Assembly: GCA_018062425.1 (NCBI GenBank)
Contig: JAGOSH010000001.1
Span: 16,039 to 80,038, forward strand
DNA length: 64,000 nt
Direction: 5' to 3'
Source: Minisyncoccota bacterium
GTDB taxonomy: Bacteria > Patescibacteriota > Minisyncoccia > Phycocordibacterales > UBA9973
Position 1 is the stretch's first letter, and each line of letters begins with the position of its first letter. The translations under genes and the position numbers were made by a program. Of this stretch, positions 36,062 to 45,679 are shown in pieces. The notes under the pieces were generated by a model. It had not been told where the DNA came from. It made no database searches and saw nothing but the letters and a program-made list of their open reading frames with translations.

Positions 36062-37759
36062 TTATTCCTCGCCAAGGTCAACCACACCCGCAACTTCTTC
36101 GATAGAAGTAATACCATTTAATATTTTAACAATACCGTCTTGGCGCATAGAAAGTATGCCTTGTAATTTGGCTACGTTCTTGATTTCTCTTTCAGAAGGG
36201 TTCTCTGGCATTATTTTTTCTAGGGCTTCATCTGTACGGACAGCTTCGAATATACCCATACGGCCTTTGTATCCAGTGTTGTTGCATTTTTCACAACCAA
36301 CAGGGTAAAAGAAGCTAAAAGGTTTACTTTTGTCTATTTTGTATTTCTTTAAATCTTTGCCCTCTGCTTCCATACTAGAGATTATTAAATTAATCAAAGT
36401 AATTTCACGTTCTTTGGCTGGTTTTTCTATTTTACATTCTGGGCAAAGTTTACGTACCAGACGCTGTGCTATAGACAAAGAAAGAGCCGAAACTAAAATT
36501 TTCGGATTTACATGTAGATCAATCAATCGAGGGATAGCACCAGCAGCGTTGTTGGTGTGTAGGGTAGAGAACACCATGTGTCCAGTGAGCGCTGATTGCA
36601 CCGCCATCTCGGCGGTTTCACCGTCACGGATTTCACCCACCATGATAACGTCTGGGTCCTGACGCAGAGCAGATTTCAACCCTTCAGCAAATCCGTAATT
36701 GTCGTCTTCTTTCTTTTGAGTTTGAGTTATACCCCGGAGACGATATTCAACAGGGTCTTCGATGGTGATTATTTTTATTTCCGGAGAGTAAATTCGTCGT
36801 AGAAATGCGTAGAGGGTGGTTGTTTTACCGGAACCAGTCGGACCAGTAACCAATATCAAACCAGTTGGTTTGGAAATTTCTTCTTTGATGACATCAAACA
36901 AATAACTTTCAATACCGATGTCTTCCAAATCAACTTGGATAGATTTAGGATCCAAAATACGCATAACAATAGACTCCCCATAAGTTCCAGGAATCATAGA
37001 AGTACGAATAGACAGTTCTTCTTCGCCTTCTGATATAGCAAAGCGACCATCTTGGGCATTCTTGGCGGTAAGCTTCATACCAGAGATGAGTTTAATTCGA
37101 GAGTTTAGTAGTTGGTAGGTGTCGAGTCCAAAAAAGTCTACATCTTGGAGGACTCCGTCTAGGCGTAGTCTCAAACGTCCACGATCCTTTTCAGGTTCGA
37201 TGTGTACGTCAGAAGCCTTGATGGCGATAGCACCAGCCAAGATAATTTCAAGAATTCGAGAAATCTTGTGAGCTTTGTTTGTTTCCATCTCTTTTTTTAC
37301 CATCTGAGAGATGTCTTGAATGTGTTGGATACTTTCAGCTGTTTTGCGGAGAATCTCAGAAGAAATATCCAAACCACCAACTCGCGAGTTTTCAGCGAGG
37401 GATAACTCAATATATCGCTCCCAAACCTTTTCGATACTACCAAGAGACGCCATGTAAAACACAGGGACAAGTCCATGTCGGTCTACTTCTTCTTTGACGC
37501 GAGTTTTCAATTCTTCGCTGGGAGAACGCAGGGCCACATAAATATTCTTACCAACCAGTTTAAAAGGCCCAATTTTTAAAGACCGGGCGTCTGTCTCGGG
37601 GATAGCTCGCAGGGCTTCGTTATCTATACCAATTCGATACAAGTCTACATACGGCAAGCTGTACTTGGTTTCAGCGAGCATGGCTACCAATTGTTCTTCT
37701 TCAACTCTTCGCAATTCGTCGAGTTGCCTCTTTTGTTTTTCTTCGTCGAAGTCTGACAT
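36062..37759 (-). CDS. pilB: type IV pilus / type II secretion assembly ATPase (GspE/PilB family)
   Basis: Walker A LVTGPTGSGKTTTL, the box IMVGEIRD, and the tetracysteine CPECK...CEKCNNTGYKGR. The start is trimmed to MSDFDEEKQ (its reverse-complement 'cat' is at 37757-37759); the upstream extension to 38065 is probably spurious. Confidence 0.8.
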   Translation of the reverse strand: MSDFDEEKQKRQLDELRRVEEEQLVAMLAETKYSLPYVDLYRIGIDNEALRAIPETDARSLKIGPFKLVGKNIYVALRSPSEELKTRVKEEVDRHGLVPVFYMASLGSIEKVWERYIELSLAENSRVGGLDISSEILRKTAESIQHIQDISQMVKKEMETNKAHKISRILEIILAGAIAIKASDVHIEPEKDRGRLRLRLDGVLQDVDFFGLDTYQLLNSRIKLISGMKLTAKNAQDGRFAISEGEEELSIRTSMIPGTYGESIVMRILDPKSIQVDLEDIGIESYLFDVIKEEISKPTGLILVTGPTGSGKTTTLYAFLRRIYSPEIKIITIEDPVEYRLRGITQTQKKEDDNYGFAEGLKSALRQDPDVIMVGEIRDGETAEMAVQSALTGHMVFSTLHTNNAAGAIPRLIDLHVNPKILVSALSLSIAQRLVRKLCPECKIEKPAKEREITLINLIISSMEAEGKDLKKYKIDKSKPFSFFYPVGCEKCNNTGYKGRMGIFEAVRTDEALEKIMPENPSEREIKNVAKLQGILSMRQDGIVKILNGITSIEEVAGVVDLGEE

Positions 37760-37797
37760 TTTGCTTATATTATATAGCAACTTTTCAAAATGGTATA

Positions 37798-40215
37798 ATG
37801 CAGCCAATGACCAAGGATAAAAAAACAATAGTTCTGCTCGACTCTCATGCGATAATTCACCGCGCGTATCATGCACTACCAGACTTCCTTTCGTCTCGGG
37901 GTGAACCAACCGGAGCCCTTTATGGCCTTGCCAATATGCTGATGAAGATAATCTCGGATTTGAAGCCAGATTATATTGTGGCTTGTTACGATTTGCCAGG
38001 TAAAACCTTTCGCCACGAAGTATACGATGACTACAAAGGTAAACGAGCCAAGACTGACGATGCATTGATATTCCAACTAAACAGTTCTCGTAGAATTTTC
38101 GAAGCTTTTAATGTCCCAATGTACGACCTACCAGGTTTTGAAGCGGACGATATGTTGGGAACCATTGTTGAGAAACTGAAAAAGGATAAACATATAAACA
38201 TAATCATCGCTTCTGGAGATATGGATACAATGCAGTTGGTAGATGATAAAAAAGTACAAGTTTATACTTTGAAAAAAGGTATCACTGACACTATTTTGTA
38301 CGACGAGGGAGCTGTTGTTGACCGTTTTGGTTTTACTCCTGAATTTTTACCAGACTACAAGGGCCTCCGGGGAGATCCATCGGATAACATTATTGGCATA
38401 AAAGGTATTGGTGAGAAAACCGCCACAACCCTAATACAGCAATTCGGCACAATAGAAAAAATTTATCAAGCGATCAAAAAAGATGACGCCGAAGTATTTT
38501 TCAAAAAATTAGGCATAACCGAAAGAATATTTAAACTACTAAAAGAAGGGGAAGAAGAAGCCTTGTTTTCTAAAACCCTAGCTACTATCCGACGTGACGC
38601 ACCGATTGATTTCAAACTTCCAGAGAAAACTTTTTGGCAAGATTTCTCTCTAGAGAAAGTTGAGACTGTTTTTAATGACTTGGAATTTCGTAGTCTAATG
38701 TCTCGACTCAAGAATTTTAATTATGGTGGTGAATCACGAACCAATTTAGACAATTTTGTAGATGACTTAAAAGTATCAGAAACACAAACAACAGAACCAA
38801 CAATCAGTGTAGACCCCCTAGAGTTAGAAGAAACCGCCTTAGCTTTATGGCTAGTTAATTCTGATATTTTAAATCCTAAACTAGAAGACATTTTAGGCTT
38901 TGCTAAAACCAAAGACTTCAAAACAGCCAAAGACTTTATTTTCGGGAGGCTCAAAGGGGACAACTTGGTTCCGGTTTATGAAGAAATAGAAAAGCCAATC
39001 ATGCCCATAATTAAAAGCATGCAAGACTATGGAATATTGGTAGATCAAGAATATTTCACCAAACTTGCAGAGGATTACCACCGAGAACTCGACGCAATTT
39101 CAAACAAAATTTACAAACTGGCCGGACAAGAGTTCAACATAAATTCTCCGAAACAAATGGGGGAGATTCTTTTTGAGAAACTTGGAATCAAAACCAAAAA
39201 GAAAACCACCGGAGGCAAACTGTCCACCAATATTGCAGTTTTAGAAGAGTTAGAAGAAGAATACGAAATAGTTCGGGAGATTATCAAACACCGTGAACTA
39301 GCAAAACTGCTGTCTACCTATATCGACCCAATGCCGAAAATGGTGGGGGACGATGGCAGGCTCCATGCCAAATTTCAACAAGCAGGTTCTGCTACAGGGC
39401 GATTCTCGAGCACAGAACCCAACCTACAAAATTTACCCATCAAAAGCGAGCTTGGTAAAAAAATCCGTGACGGTTTTGTAGCCGCTAAGGGTTATAAACT
39501 ACTAGCGTTAGACTATTCTCAAATAGAACTGCGGGTGGTGGCGCTACTTTCAAAAGATGTGAACATGACCGAGATTTTTAAAGATGGCAAAGATATTCAT
39601 ACCGGAGTTGCTTCTCGAGTTTTTGGTGTACCAGCAGGCGAGGTGGATGCGGAAATGCGACGTAAAGCTAAAGTTATAAACTTCGGAATTATTTACGGGA
39701 TGGGAGTGTCATCTTTGCGTAAGAACTTGGGTGGTACCCGAGAAGAAGCACAGAAGTTTTACGATAACTACTTTCGACAATTTTCTGGGGTAAAGGAATA
39801 CATGGATGGGGTAAAAGAATTTGCAAAAAAGCACGGCTATACCGAAACTTTGTTTGGACGGAAGCGTCATTTCCCGAACATAAACTCACGAATCCCATTC
39901 TTGAAAGCAATGGCTGAACGCACCGCCATCAACGCTCCGGTGCAAGGGACCGCCACCGCTGACATCATTAAATTAGCACTACGATTCGCTCACGAAGATT
40001 TAGAAAAAGCAGGACTTCTAGACAAGGCCCACCTAATCCTCCAGATTCACGACGAATTAGTTTACGAAGTAGAAGAAGGGGTATTAGATAAAGCCGCTAA
40101 AATTATCAAGGGTGCTATGGAGGCGGTGCTCGAAAGATCGTTCCTCCACTACGAAACCGAAATTCCGCTAATTGTACATTCTGGATCAGGAAACAACCTC
40201 GGCGAGGTGAAATAG
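37798..40215 (+). CDS. polA: DNA polymerase I (5'-3' exonuclease + polymerase domains)
   Basis: The N-terminal 5' nuclease, the polymerase motif A LLALDYSQIELR and motif C QIHDELVYEV. A TATAAT box at 37794-37799 overlaps the first ATG, so the real start may be ATG 37807, which would make the transcript leaderless. Confidence 0.9.
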   Translation: MQPMTKDKKTIVLLDSHAIIHRAYHALPDFLSSRGEPTGALYGLANMLMKIISDLKPDYIVACYDLPGKTFRHEVYDDYKGKRAKTDDALIFQLNSSRRIFEAFNVPMYDLPGFEADDMLGTIVEKLKKDKHINIIIASGDMDTMQLVDDKKVQVYTLKKGITDTILYDEGAVVDRFGFTPEFLPDYKGLRGDPSDNIIGIKGIGEKTATTLIQQFGTIEKIYQAIKKDDAEVFFKKLGITERIFKLLKEGEEEALFSKTLATIRRDAPIDFKLPEKTFWQDFSLEKVETVFNDLEFRSLMSRLKNFNYGGESRTNLDNFVDDLKVSETQTTEPTISVDPLELEETALALWLVNSDILNPKLEDILGFAKTKDFKTAKDFIFGRLKGDNLVPVYEEIEKPIMPIIKSMQDYGILVDQEYFTKLAEDYHRELDAISNKIYKLAGQEFNINSPKQMGEILFEKLGIKTKKKTTGGKLSTNIAVLEELEEEYEIVREIIKHRELAKLLSTYIDPMPKMVGDDGRLHAKFQQAGSATGRFSSTEPNLQNLPIKSELGKKIRDGFVAAKGYKLLALDYSQIELRVVALLSKDVNMTEIFKDGKDIHTGVASRVFGVPAGEVDAEMRRKAKVINFGIIYGMGVSSLRKNLGGTREEAQKFYDNYFRQFSGVKEYMDGVKEFAKKHGYTETLFGRKRHFPNINSRIPFLKAMAERTAINAPVQGTATADIIKLALRFAHEDLEKAGLLDKAHLILQIHDELVYEVEEGVLDKAAKIIKGAMEAVLERSFLHYETEIPLIVHSGSGNNLGEVK

Positions 40216-40224
40216 ATTGCTTGA

Positions 40225-40250
40225 CCCCGCCCTTCGCGAAGGGTGGGGTT
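40225..40250 (+). terminator. hairpin after polA
   Basis: CCCCGCCCTTCG / CGAAGGGTGGGG with one G-U pair in the stem; the downstream T-run is weak. Confidence 0.45.
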
Positions 40251-40335
40251 GACTAACTCCGTAAATACTATATAAAGAACTAGAATCAACCAGCACCTTT
40301 CACTTGTCCGTTTTTGGACACAAAAATTTCTAACC

Positions 40336-40686
40336 ATGTTAGATACCAACGCTTTCATGCAAACTCTGCATGATTTTTTCTCACCTTGTTTGGGTGAGTG
40401 GTTAAATCACGCATGTATCTTTTTAGCGTATTTTAACGCTCTTGCCCAACTTTTTTATCTTTCCATCACGATTTTCGACAAAAGAGCTGTAGGAATAAAG
40501 GAGATAGGTATGTCCATGGTATGGATACCTGTATTGATAGTAGTAGTTTTGGGAGGTATTTATTATAAGAACCTTCACCAGACAGCCGGATTTTTTCTGG
40601 CGCTATTATTTCTCTTCATAAACATTCTCATTTCTCTTTTCCGCTATTTTCGTCGTCGGAAAAAACTTAAACGCACGCGGTCATGA
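40336..40686 (+). CDS. small hypothetical membrane protein
   Basis: Three TM segments and a basic C-terminus. Confidence 0.5.
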   Translation: MLDTNAFMQTLHDFFSPCLGEWLNHACIFLAYFNALAQLFYLSITIFDKRAVGIKEIGMSMVWIPVLIVVVLGGIYYKNLHQTAGFFLALLFLFINILISLFRYFRRRKKLKRTRS

Positions 40687-40710
40687 TTCAGAAAATCATG
40701 ACCGCTTTTG
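40679..40710 (+). terminator. intrinsic terminator
   Basis: GGTCATGATT-cagaa-AATCATGACC followed by GCTTTTGC. Confidence 0.65.
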
Positions 40711-40798
40711 CATATAAAGTATTTGGGAACTCATCATATTTAATGAGGTGATCTCGCACCAGCACCCAAAAGGTTTCACAGGAGGTTAAATTTAGTGT

Positions 40799-41686
40799 TT
40801 AATAATCCCTCAGAATTTTAGCCACTGTGAGTGCGAGGTTGTCTTTTGCAAAGTTTTTAAAAACTAGCGTTTGGGTAACCTTGTCGTAGTCTACGCTTCT
40901 TTTCATGCGTTCAATAAAGTTTTTCATAGATCGACACTGGGTGCTTTTAGCGCCGACATTTGGATTCGATTTGTTTTCATCACAATAATCAAGCCATCTC
41001 TCTAGTTGTTCTTCCATTTGCATTATTATCAGATACTTAAAGAAATTATCGGGATAAGTTTCCTTACCTTCACTCAAACAATCCTGGGCTAACACGATAG
41101 CATCTATCCTCCTGATACCAACCACGAACCTCATAGCAGACACTTTGCGTTTTCCACCTTTTGCATCTTTGTAGAAGGTGACTTCACTTGTTTCGTGTAT
41201 GTGCTCTTTGTCCCAACCCCGATTCATTTTAACAGTTAAGGTTTCTATATTAGGAGTCGTGGTTACATCAATACCTACACCTACATGGCCGCTATTTTTT
41301 TCAGTAATTACAATATCAACACCACGAATGATGTTATCAAAGTCAGATGCTGGGGTGGCATAAAAATCCGCAAACCATTTATTTATTCTGTCTATAATTA
41401 GATGTTCAACTAATTCGGCATAGCGTCTGTCTTCTGTTTTATCAATATGTTTTCTCCTTTCTGAATTGTGTTCAATTTTAATTTTCCTTTTCGAACCAGC
41501 AACTGATTCAAGAGCATTTCGGATGTCTAGCCCGGTGTGTTCGGTGCTTTCCGAGAAAGAAGCAACTTCTGGTTTCATATCAGATACATAGGCGAGCTTC
41601 TGCTCAAGTTCTCTGATGTTGTCTGGGTTTTTAAAAAAATCAACACGTTCTGGTTGGGGTTGTGGTGCTACAAATTCATTTGGCAT
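40799..41686 (-). CDS. hypothetical protein
   Basis: An intact 295-aa ORF with no recognisable motif. Confidence 0.5.
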   Translation of the reverse strand: MPNEFVAPQPQPERVDFFKNPDNIRELEQKLAYVSDMKPEVASFSESTEHTGLDIRNALESVAGSKRKIKIEHNSERRKHIDKTEDRRYAELVEHLIIDRINKWFADFYATPASDFDNIIRGVDIVITEKNSGHVGVGIDVTTTPNIETLTVKMNRGWDKEHIHETSEVTFYKDAKGGKRKVSAMRFVVGIRRIDAIVLAQDCLSEGKETYPDNFFKYLIIMQMEEQLERWLDYCDENKSNPNVGAKSTQCRSMKNFIERMKRSVDYDKVTQTLVFKNFAKDNLALTVAKILRDY

Positions 41687-41735
41687 ACCCGTATAGTATT
41701 AGATACAGCCCAGGTATGCAAATACCTCACTCAGG

Positions 41736-42224
41736 GTGTATAATGTCGGCATGGAACCAGAAGAAAAGGTAGAAAAAGAAGCCAGGCACCTAGTTCACCA
41801 CACACTGGCCCACTCATATACTGTGTACTTTTTCGTCCTACTTTTCGGGGTAGCCCTCGACATGCTTTTCCCAATCAAGATTTTTAATGCTACCCACATG
41901 AACATAGGCCTGGCGCTACTAGTGCTGTCTTCTCTCCTTATTGTCTGGGCCCAGAGAAGCTCGAACCATTTGGCCAAAGTAGAGGACGTTCAAAAGCACC
42001 ATTTTAATCGCGGTCCATACAAATACACCCGCACACCTACCCACTGGGGTTTGTTTTTCTTGGTACTCGGGTTTGGTTTACTCATCAACGCTTTTTTTAT
42101 AACCGTACTTACCGTAGTTTCTTTTTTCATAACTAAATTTGTATTTATTAAAGACCAGGAAAACATATTGGAACGTCGTTACGGCGAAGCCTATAAGGAG
42201 TACAAAAAGTCGGTAAAGTTTTAA
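41736..42224 (+). CDS. isoprenylcysteine carboxyl methyltransferase (ICMT)/PEMT-family membrane methyltransferase
   Basis: A multi-TM protein whose C-terminal EERRYGEAYKEYKKSV pattern is typical of the family. Confidence 0.65.
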   Translation: MYNVGMEPEEKVEKEARHLVHHTLAHSYTVYFFVLLFGVALDMLFPIKIFNATHMNIGLALLVLSSLLIVWAQRSSNHLAKVEDVQKHHFNRGPYKYTRTPTHWGLFFLVLGFGLLINAFFITVLTVVSFFITKFVFIKDQENILERRYGEAYKEYKKSVKF

Positions 42225-42225
42225 C

Positions 42226-42873
42226 ATGATCTATCTTTTTGCGGGCGATGATCCCGAAAGGAAAATAGCTAGTTACGAGAAGTTTGTAAATTCTATTTCG
42301 GGTGAAATGGAAGTTTTTCAAGTGGCTCGCAATAACTTCAGTCGGTCCGAGATAGAAAGTTTTTATTCCGGGGCTGGACTTTTCTTTAGTAAATGCTCGG
42401 TTGTTTTCTCGGGTATTTTAGAGAGGGAAGACGACAGGGATTTCATATTAGAGAAACTTCCTGAGATGGCCGACTCCTCGAACAACTTTATTTTTTTGGA
42501 AAGTAAATTACTGAAACCTGTTTTGGACGCATTCAAAAAGTCCCGAGCCGAGATAAATTATTTTGAATTACCAAAAGAAAAGCATGAAAAATACAACAAC
42601 TTTATCTTAGCCTATGACTTGAGTGCGAGAGATAAAAAGAATTTATGGATTCACTACCGACAAGCGGTGGACTTGGGCGTAGGGCTCGAAGAGTTGGCTG
42701 GGGTTATGTTCTGGAAGGTGAAAGATATGCTTTCCCGGAAGTTTTATGGCAAGTGGAAGAGGGAGGAATTAGAGGCTATATCAGAGAGATTGTCATATCT
42801 GTTACCAGAAGCTCGTCGACAAGGCAAAGACGCCGAAACCGTTTTCGAGAAGTTCATACTAGAAATTTTTTAG
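42226..42873 (+). CDS. hypothetical protein (weak resemblance to a DNA pol III delta-subunit N-terminus)
   Basis: The MIYLFAGDDPERK start is like holA, but the protein is only 215 aa. Confidence 0.4.
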   Translation: MIYLFAGDDPERKIASYEKFVNSISGEMEVFQVARNNFSRSEIESFYSGAGLFFSKCSVVFSGILEREDDRDFILEKLPEMADSSNNFIFLESKLLKPVLDAFKKSRAEINYFELPKEKHEKYNNFILAYDLSARDKKNLWIHYRQAVDLGVGLEELAGVMFWKVKDMLSRKFYGKWKREELEAISERLSYLLPEARRQGKDAETVFEKFILEIF

Positions 42874-42946
42874 TGCGCCCAGCAGGAATCGAACCTGCGA
42901 CCATCTCCTTAAAAGGGAGCTGCTCTACCAGCTGAGCTATGGGCGC
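42874..42946 (-). tRNA. tRNA-Lys (anticodon TTT)
   Basis: Cloverleaf folded by hand: acceptor GCGCCCA/TGGGCGC, D-stem GCTC/GAGC, anticodon loop CTTTTAA, T-arm GCAGG-TTCGATT-CCTGC, discriminator A. Confidence 0.85.
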
Positions 42947-42968
42947 GTAGTGTGATAATATAGTAAAC

Positions 42969-45143
42969 GTGTCTCAAAATCAAGGAAGTATCTTTAAATT
43001 AGTTAGTGAATTCAAGCCCGATGGTGATCAACCGAAGGCTATTTCGCAGTTGTTGGAAGGTTTAAATAAAGGCATGAAGAAGCAAACCCTGCTCGGGGCT
43101 ACTGGTACTGGTAAGACTTTTACCATGGCGAATGTTATAAAAGAGCACAACAAACCCACGCTCGTTATAGCCCACAACAAAACCCTCGCTGCCCAGCTCG
43201 CCCAGGAGTTCAAAGAATTTTTCCCCGACGCTGCGGTGCATTATTTTGTTTCTTATTACGATTACTATCAACCCGAGGCCTACATGCCAGTGTCGGATAC
43301 TTATATAGAAAAGGATGCCAGCATAAACAAAGAAATCGATCGTTTGCGACACGCCTCCACCCAAGCACTGCTTACCAGAAAGGACGTCGTTATTGTTGCG
43401 TCAGTGTCTTGCATCTATGGTTTAGGTAGTCCCGAAGAATATGAAAAAGTAAATCTTAAACTTGAGACAGGTATGAAGCTCGAGCGAAACACCTTAATGA
43501 AAAAGTTGATTGATATTCATTTCAGTCGAACCAATGCTGACCTAACACCGGGCACATTTCGATCTATCGGACCCAAGGTTGAATTTATGCCAGTGTCGGA
43601 AAACGTTATGTATTCTGTTGAATTCGGAAACTCGAGGTCGGACCTCAAGGGGTCCCGAGGTCCGACCTCAGAAATTTCTAAAATTAACAAAATTGATCCA
43701 GTATCTATGCAGGTTTTAGCTACAGAGAATAATGTCTATATATTCCCAGCGAAGCACTTCATTACCGAGGATGTGAAGGTAAAGAAAGCGCTCGAAAATA
43801 TAAAAAAGGAATTAGCACTACAACTTAAACAATTTGAAAAAGAGGGCAAACTGCTCGAAGCCGAAAGAATCAAAAGGCGGACTAATTATGACCTAGCTAT
43901 GATTCGTGAGGTCGGGTATTGTTCAGGGATTGAAAACTATTCTAGGCATCTGTCTGGTAAGAAGGAAGGCGAACCACCAGAGACTTTGTTGTCATATTTT
44001 AAAAAAGATTTTCTCACTATTATCGATGAGTCACATGTGACACTTCCTCAGCTCCAAGGTATGTATGCTGGGGATGCTTCTCGTAAAAAAACTTTGGTGG
44101 AATATGGATTTCGACTACCTAGTGCAAAGGACAACCGCCCACTCCAATATCCAGAGTTTGAAGAACGTATTGGTCAGGTTATCTACACCAGTGCTACCCC
44201 GAGCGAGCAGGAACGAACCCAAAGTGCGCAAATAGTGGAACAAATCATTCGCCCAACAGGGTTGGTTGATCCGGAAACAATTGTGCGACCAGTAGCAGAG
44301 AAGGGTGCGTATAAAGGCCAGATACAAGACTTCATTAAAGAAACCGAAGCAACTATCAAGCGAGGTTTCAGGGTTCTTGCTACAACCCTAACCAAAAAAA
44401 TGGCGGAGGATTTGTCGGTGTATTTGAAAGACAAGAAAATAAAAGCCGAGTATTTGCACAGCGACATCAAGACTTTAGACAGAATACGAATTCTCACTGA
44501 GTTTCGAAAAGGGAAGCACGACGTGTTGGTTGGAGTTAACCTCCTGCGTGAAGGCTTAGATTTACCAGAGGTAGCGTTGATTGGAATATTGGATGCTGAT
44601 AAAGAAGGTTTCTTGCGTTCTGAAACATCGCTCATTCAAACCATCGGCCGTGCTGCGCGTAACTCCGAAGGACGAGTGATACTTTACGCTGACCAGATGA
44701 CGAAGTCGATGGAAAGCGCCTTGGGGGAGACCAAGCGCCGCCGAGACACCCAACTATCCTACAACAAAAAACACGGTATAACGCCGAAGACGATTCTCAA
44801 AAACATCAAAGACATTACTGAGGCTATGGAAAGCGAACACGGCAAGGCGGTGAATGCGGAACTCAACATTGATCTGGAAGTATTCAAGAAAGCTTATGCC
44901 AAAGAATTGAAATTAGACCGGAGCAAGATTACCCAAAAGAAAACCAAAGAAGGCAACGTTACCGAGGTCAAACTCCACATGTCCGATGGTGAGAGGAGTA
45001 ACCTGGTTTATGAAAAAATAATCAAAATAAAAGAGAAAGAAATGAGTAAAGCTGTGAAAGAGCTCGATTTTGAAACCGCGGCCATCCTGCGGGATGAGAT
45101 GGGGGTATTGAGGGAAAGGATTGACAAAAGCGTAGAAGCGTGA
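42969..45143 (+). CDS. uvrB: excinuclease ABC subunit B
   Basis: The MSQNQGSIFKLVSEFKPDGDQPKAI N-terminus, Walker A GATGTGKT, the helicase motifs and the C-terminal UVR domain. It contains a 12-aa palindromic-element insertion (43634-43669). Confidence 0.9.
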   Translation: MSQNQGSIFKLVSEFKPDGDQPKAISQLLEGLNKGMKKQTLLGATGTGKTFTMANVIKEHNKPTLVIAHNKTLAAQLAQEFKEFFPDAAVHYFVSYYDYYQPEAYMPVSDTYIEKDASINKEIDRLRHASTQALLTRKDVVIVASVSCIYGLGSPEEYEKVNLKLETGMKLERNTLMKKLIDIHFSRTNADLTPGTFRSIGPKVEFMPVSENVMYSVEFGNSRSDLKGSRGPTSEISKINKIDPVSMQVLATENNVYIFPAKHFITEDVKVKKALENIKKELALQLKQFEKEGKLLEAERIKRRTNYDLAMIREVGYCSGIENYSRHLSGKKEGEPPETLLSYFKKDFLTIIDESHVTLPQLQGMYAGDASRKKTLVEYGFRLPSAKDNRPLQYPEFEERIGQVIYTSATPSEQERTQSAQIVEQIIRPTGLVDPETIVRPVAEKGAYKGQIQDFIKETEATIKRGFRVLATTLTKKMAEDLSVYLKDKKIKAEYLHSDIKTLDRIRILTEFRKGKHDVLVGVNLLREGLDLPEVALIGILDADKEGFLRSETSLIQTIGRAARNSEGRVILYADQMTKSMESALGETKRRRDTQLSYNKKHGITPKTILKNIKDITEAMESEHGKAVNAELNIDLEVFKKAYAKELKLDRSKITQKKTKEGNVTEVKLHMSDGERSNLVYEKIIKIKEKEMSKAVKELDFETAAILRDEMGVLRERIDKSVEA
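43634..43669. repeat. 36-bp composite palindromic element, in-frame within uvrB
   Basis: GAGGTCGGACCTC-AAGGGGTCCC-GAGGTCCGACCTC. The two arms are reverse complements of each other and each arm is itself a GAGGTC/GACCTC hairpin. It encodes RSDLKGSRGPTS. Confidence 0.8.
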
Positions 45144-45182
45144 TAGTTTGCAGGGCAGTAAGTTATTTAAAAAACATCGTAA

Positions 45183-45566
45183 ATGGCACCGCGTCATGGG
45201 CCAAAAACTTCCACCTTCAACTTCCTATATACAATGAAATTGTCTGTTCTAATCTTGCTTATCATCTCCCTTGGTCTTTTTCTCAGTAAAAATAACGATC
45301 AAGACGAACTACAAAAAGTGCAAACAGAACTGGATAGCATGCCAGCAAAAATTGCCAAGATTGATTCTATGTTGAATGAAAAAATTACGGAATTGGAGAT
45401 CCAAAAGGGGATCAACGCAGAACAAGACTTGGTAATCAATCAACAACTGATGCAACTTGAAGCCCAGAAGGCGACAATCGGGTCAGTTAAAAAACTGAAC
45501 AAAGAGAAGAGATATAGGGAGGCTGCGCAGGTTTTAGATAAATACCTGAGGGAGTATCCCCAATAG
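45183..45566 (+). CDS. hypothetical membrane-anchored coiled-coil protein
   Basis: N-terminal TM helix followed by a coiled-coil. Confidence 0.5.
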   Translation: MAPRHGPKTSTFNFLYTMKLSVLILLIISLGLFLSKNNDQDELQKVQTELDSMPAKIAKIDSMLNEKITELEIQKGINAEQDLVINQQLMQLEAQKATIGSVKKLNKEKRYREAAQVLDKYLREYPQ

Positions 45567-45582
45567 TAAATAAGGAACACAC

Positions 45583-45627
45583 AGCCCGATGGCAAGCTCG
45601 ACTTACCATCGGGCTTCGCTATTTTTG
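45583..45627 (+). terminator. intrinsic terminator
   Basis: AGCCCGATGG-13nt-CCATCGGGCT followed by TCGCTATTTTTGGG. Confidence 0.7.
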
Positions 45628-45660
45628 GGTTATTTTATAAGAGATTTTTATTGAAATTTA

Positions 45661-45669
45661 TGTTATAAT
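45661..45669 (+). promoter_or_regulatory. extended -10 promoter element for uvrA
   Basis: TGT-TATAAT ends 10 nt before the uvrA ATG at 45680, implying a leaderless or very short-leader transcript. Confidence 0.45.
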
Positions 45670-45679
45670 ACACAGTCAA

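Noticed and set aside
37760-38065. A 102-aa N-terminal extension of the PilB ORF, overlapping the polA start
   Set aside because: The extension has no similarity to GspE N-domains and would overlap the divergent polA promoter and coding start. The internal MSDFDEEKQ start is preferred.
42645-42935. A 96-aa plus ORF running across the tRNA-Lys gene
   Set aside because: It overlaps a confidently folded tRNA on the other strand and the end of another CDS, and its Arg-rich translation is spurious.
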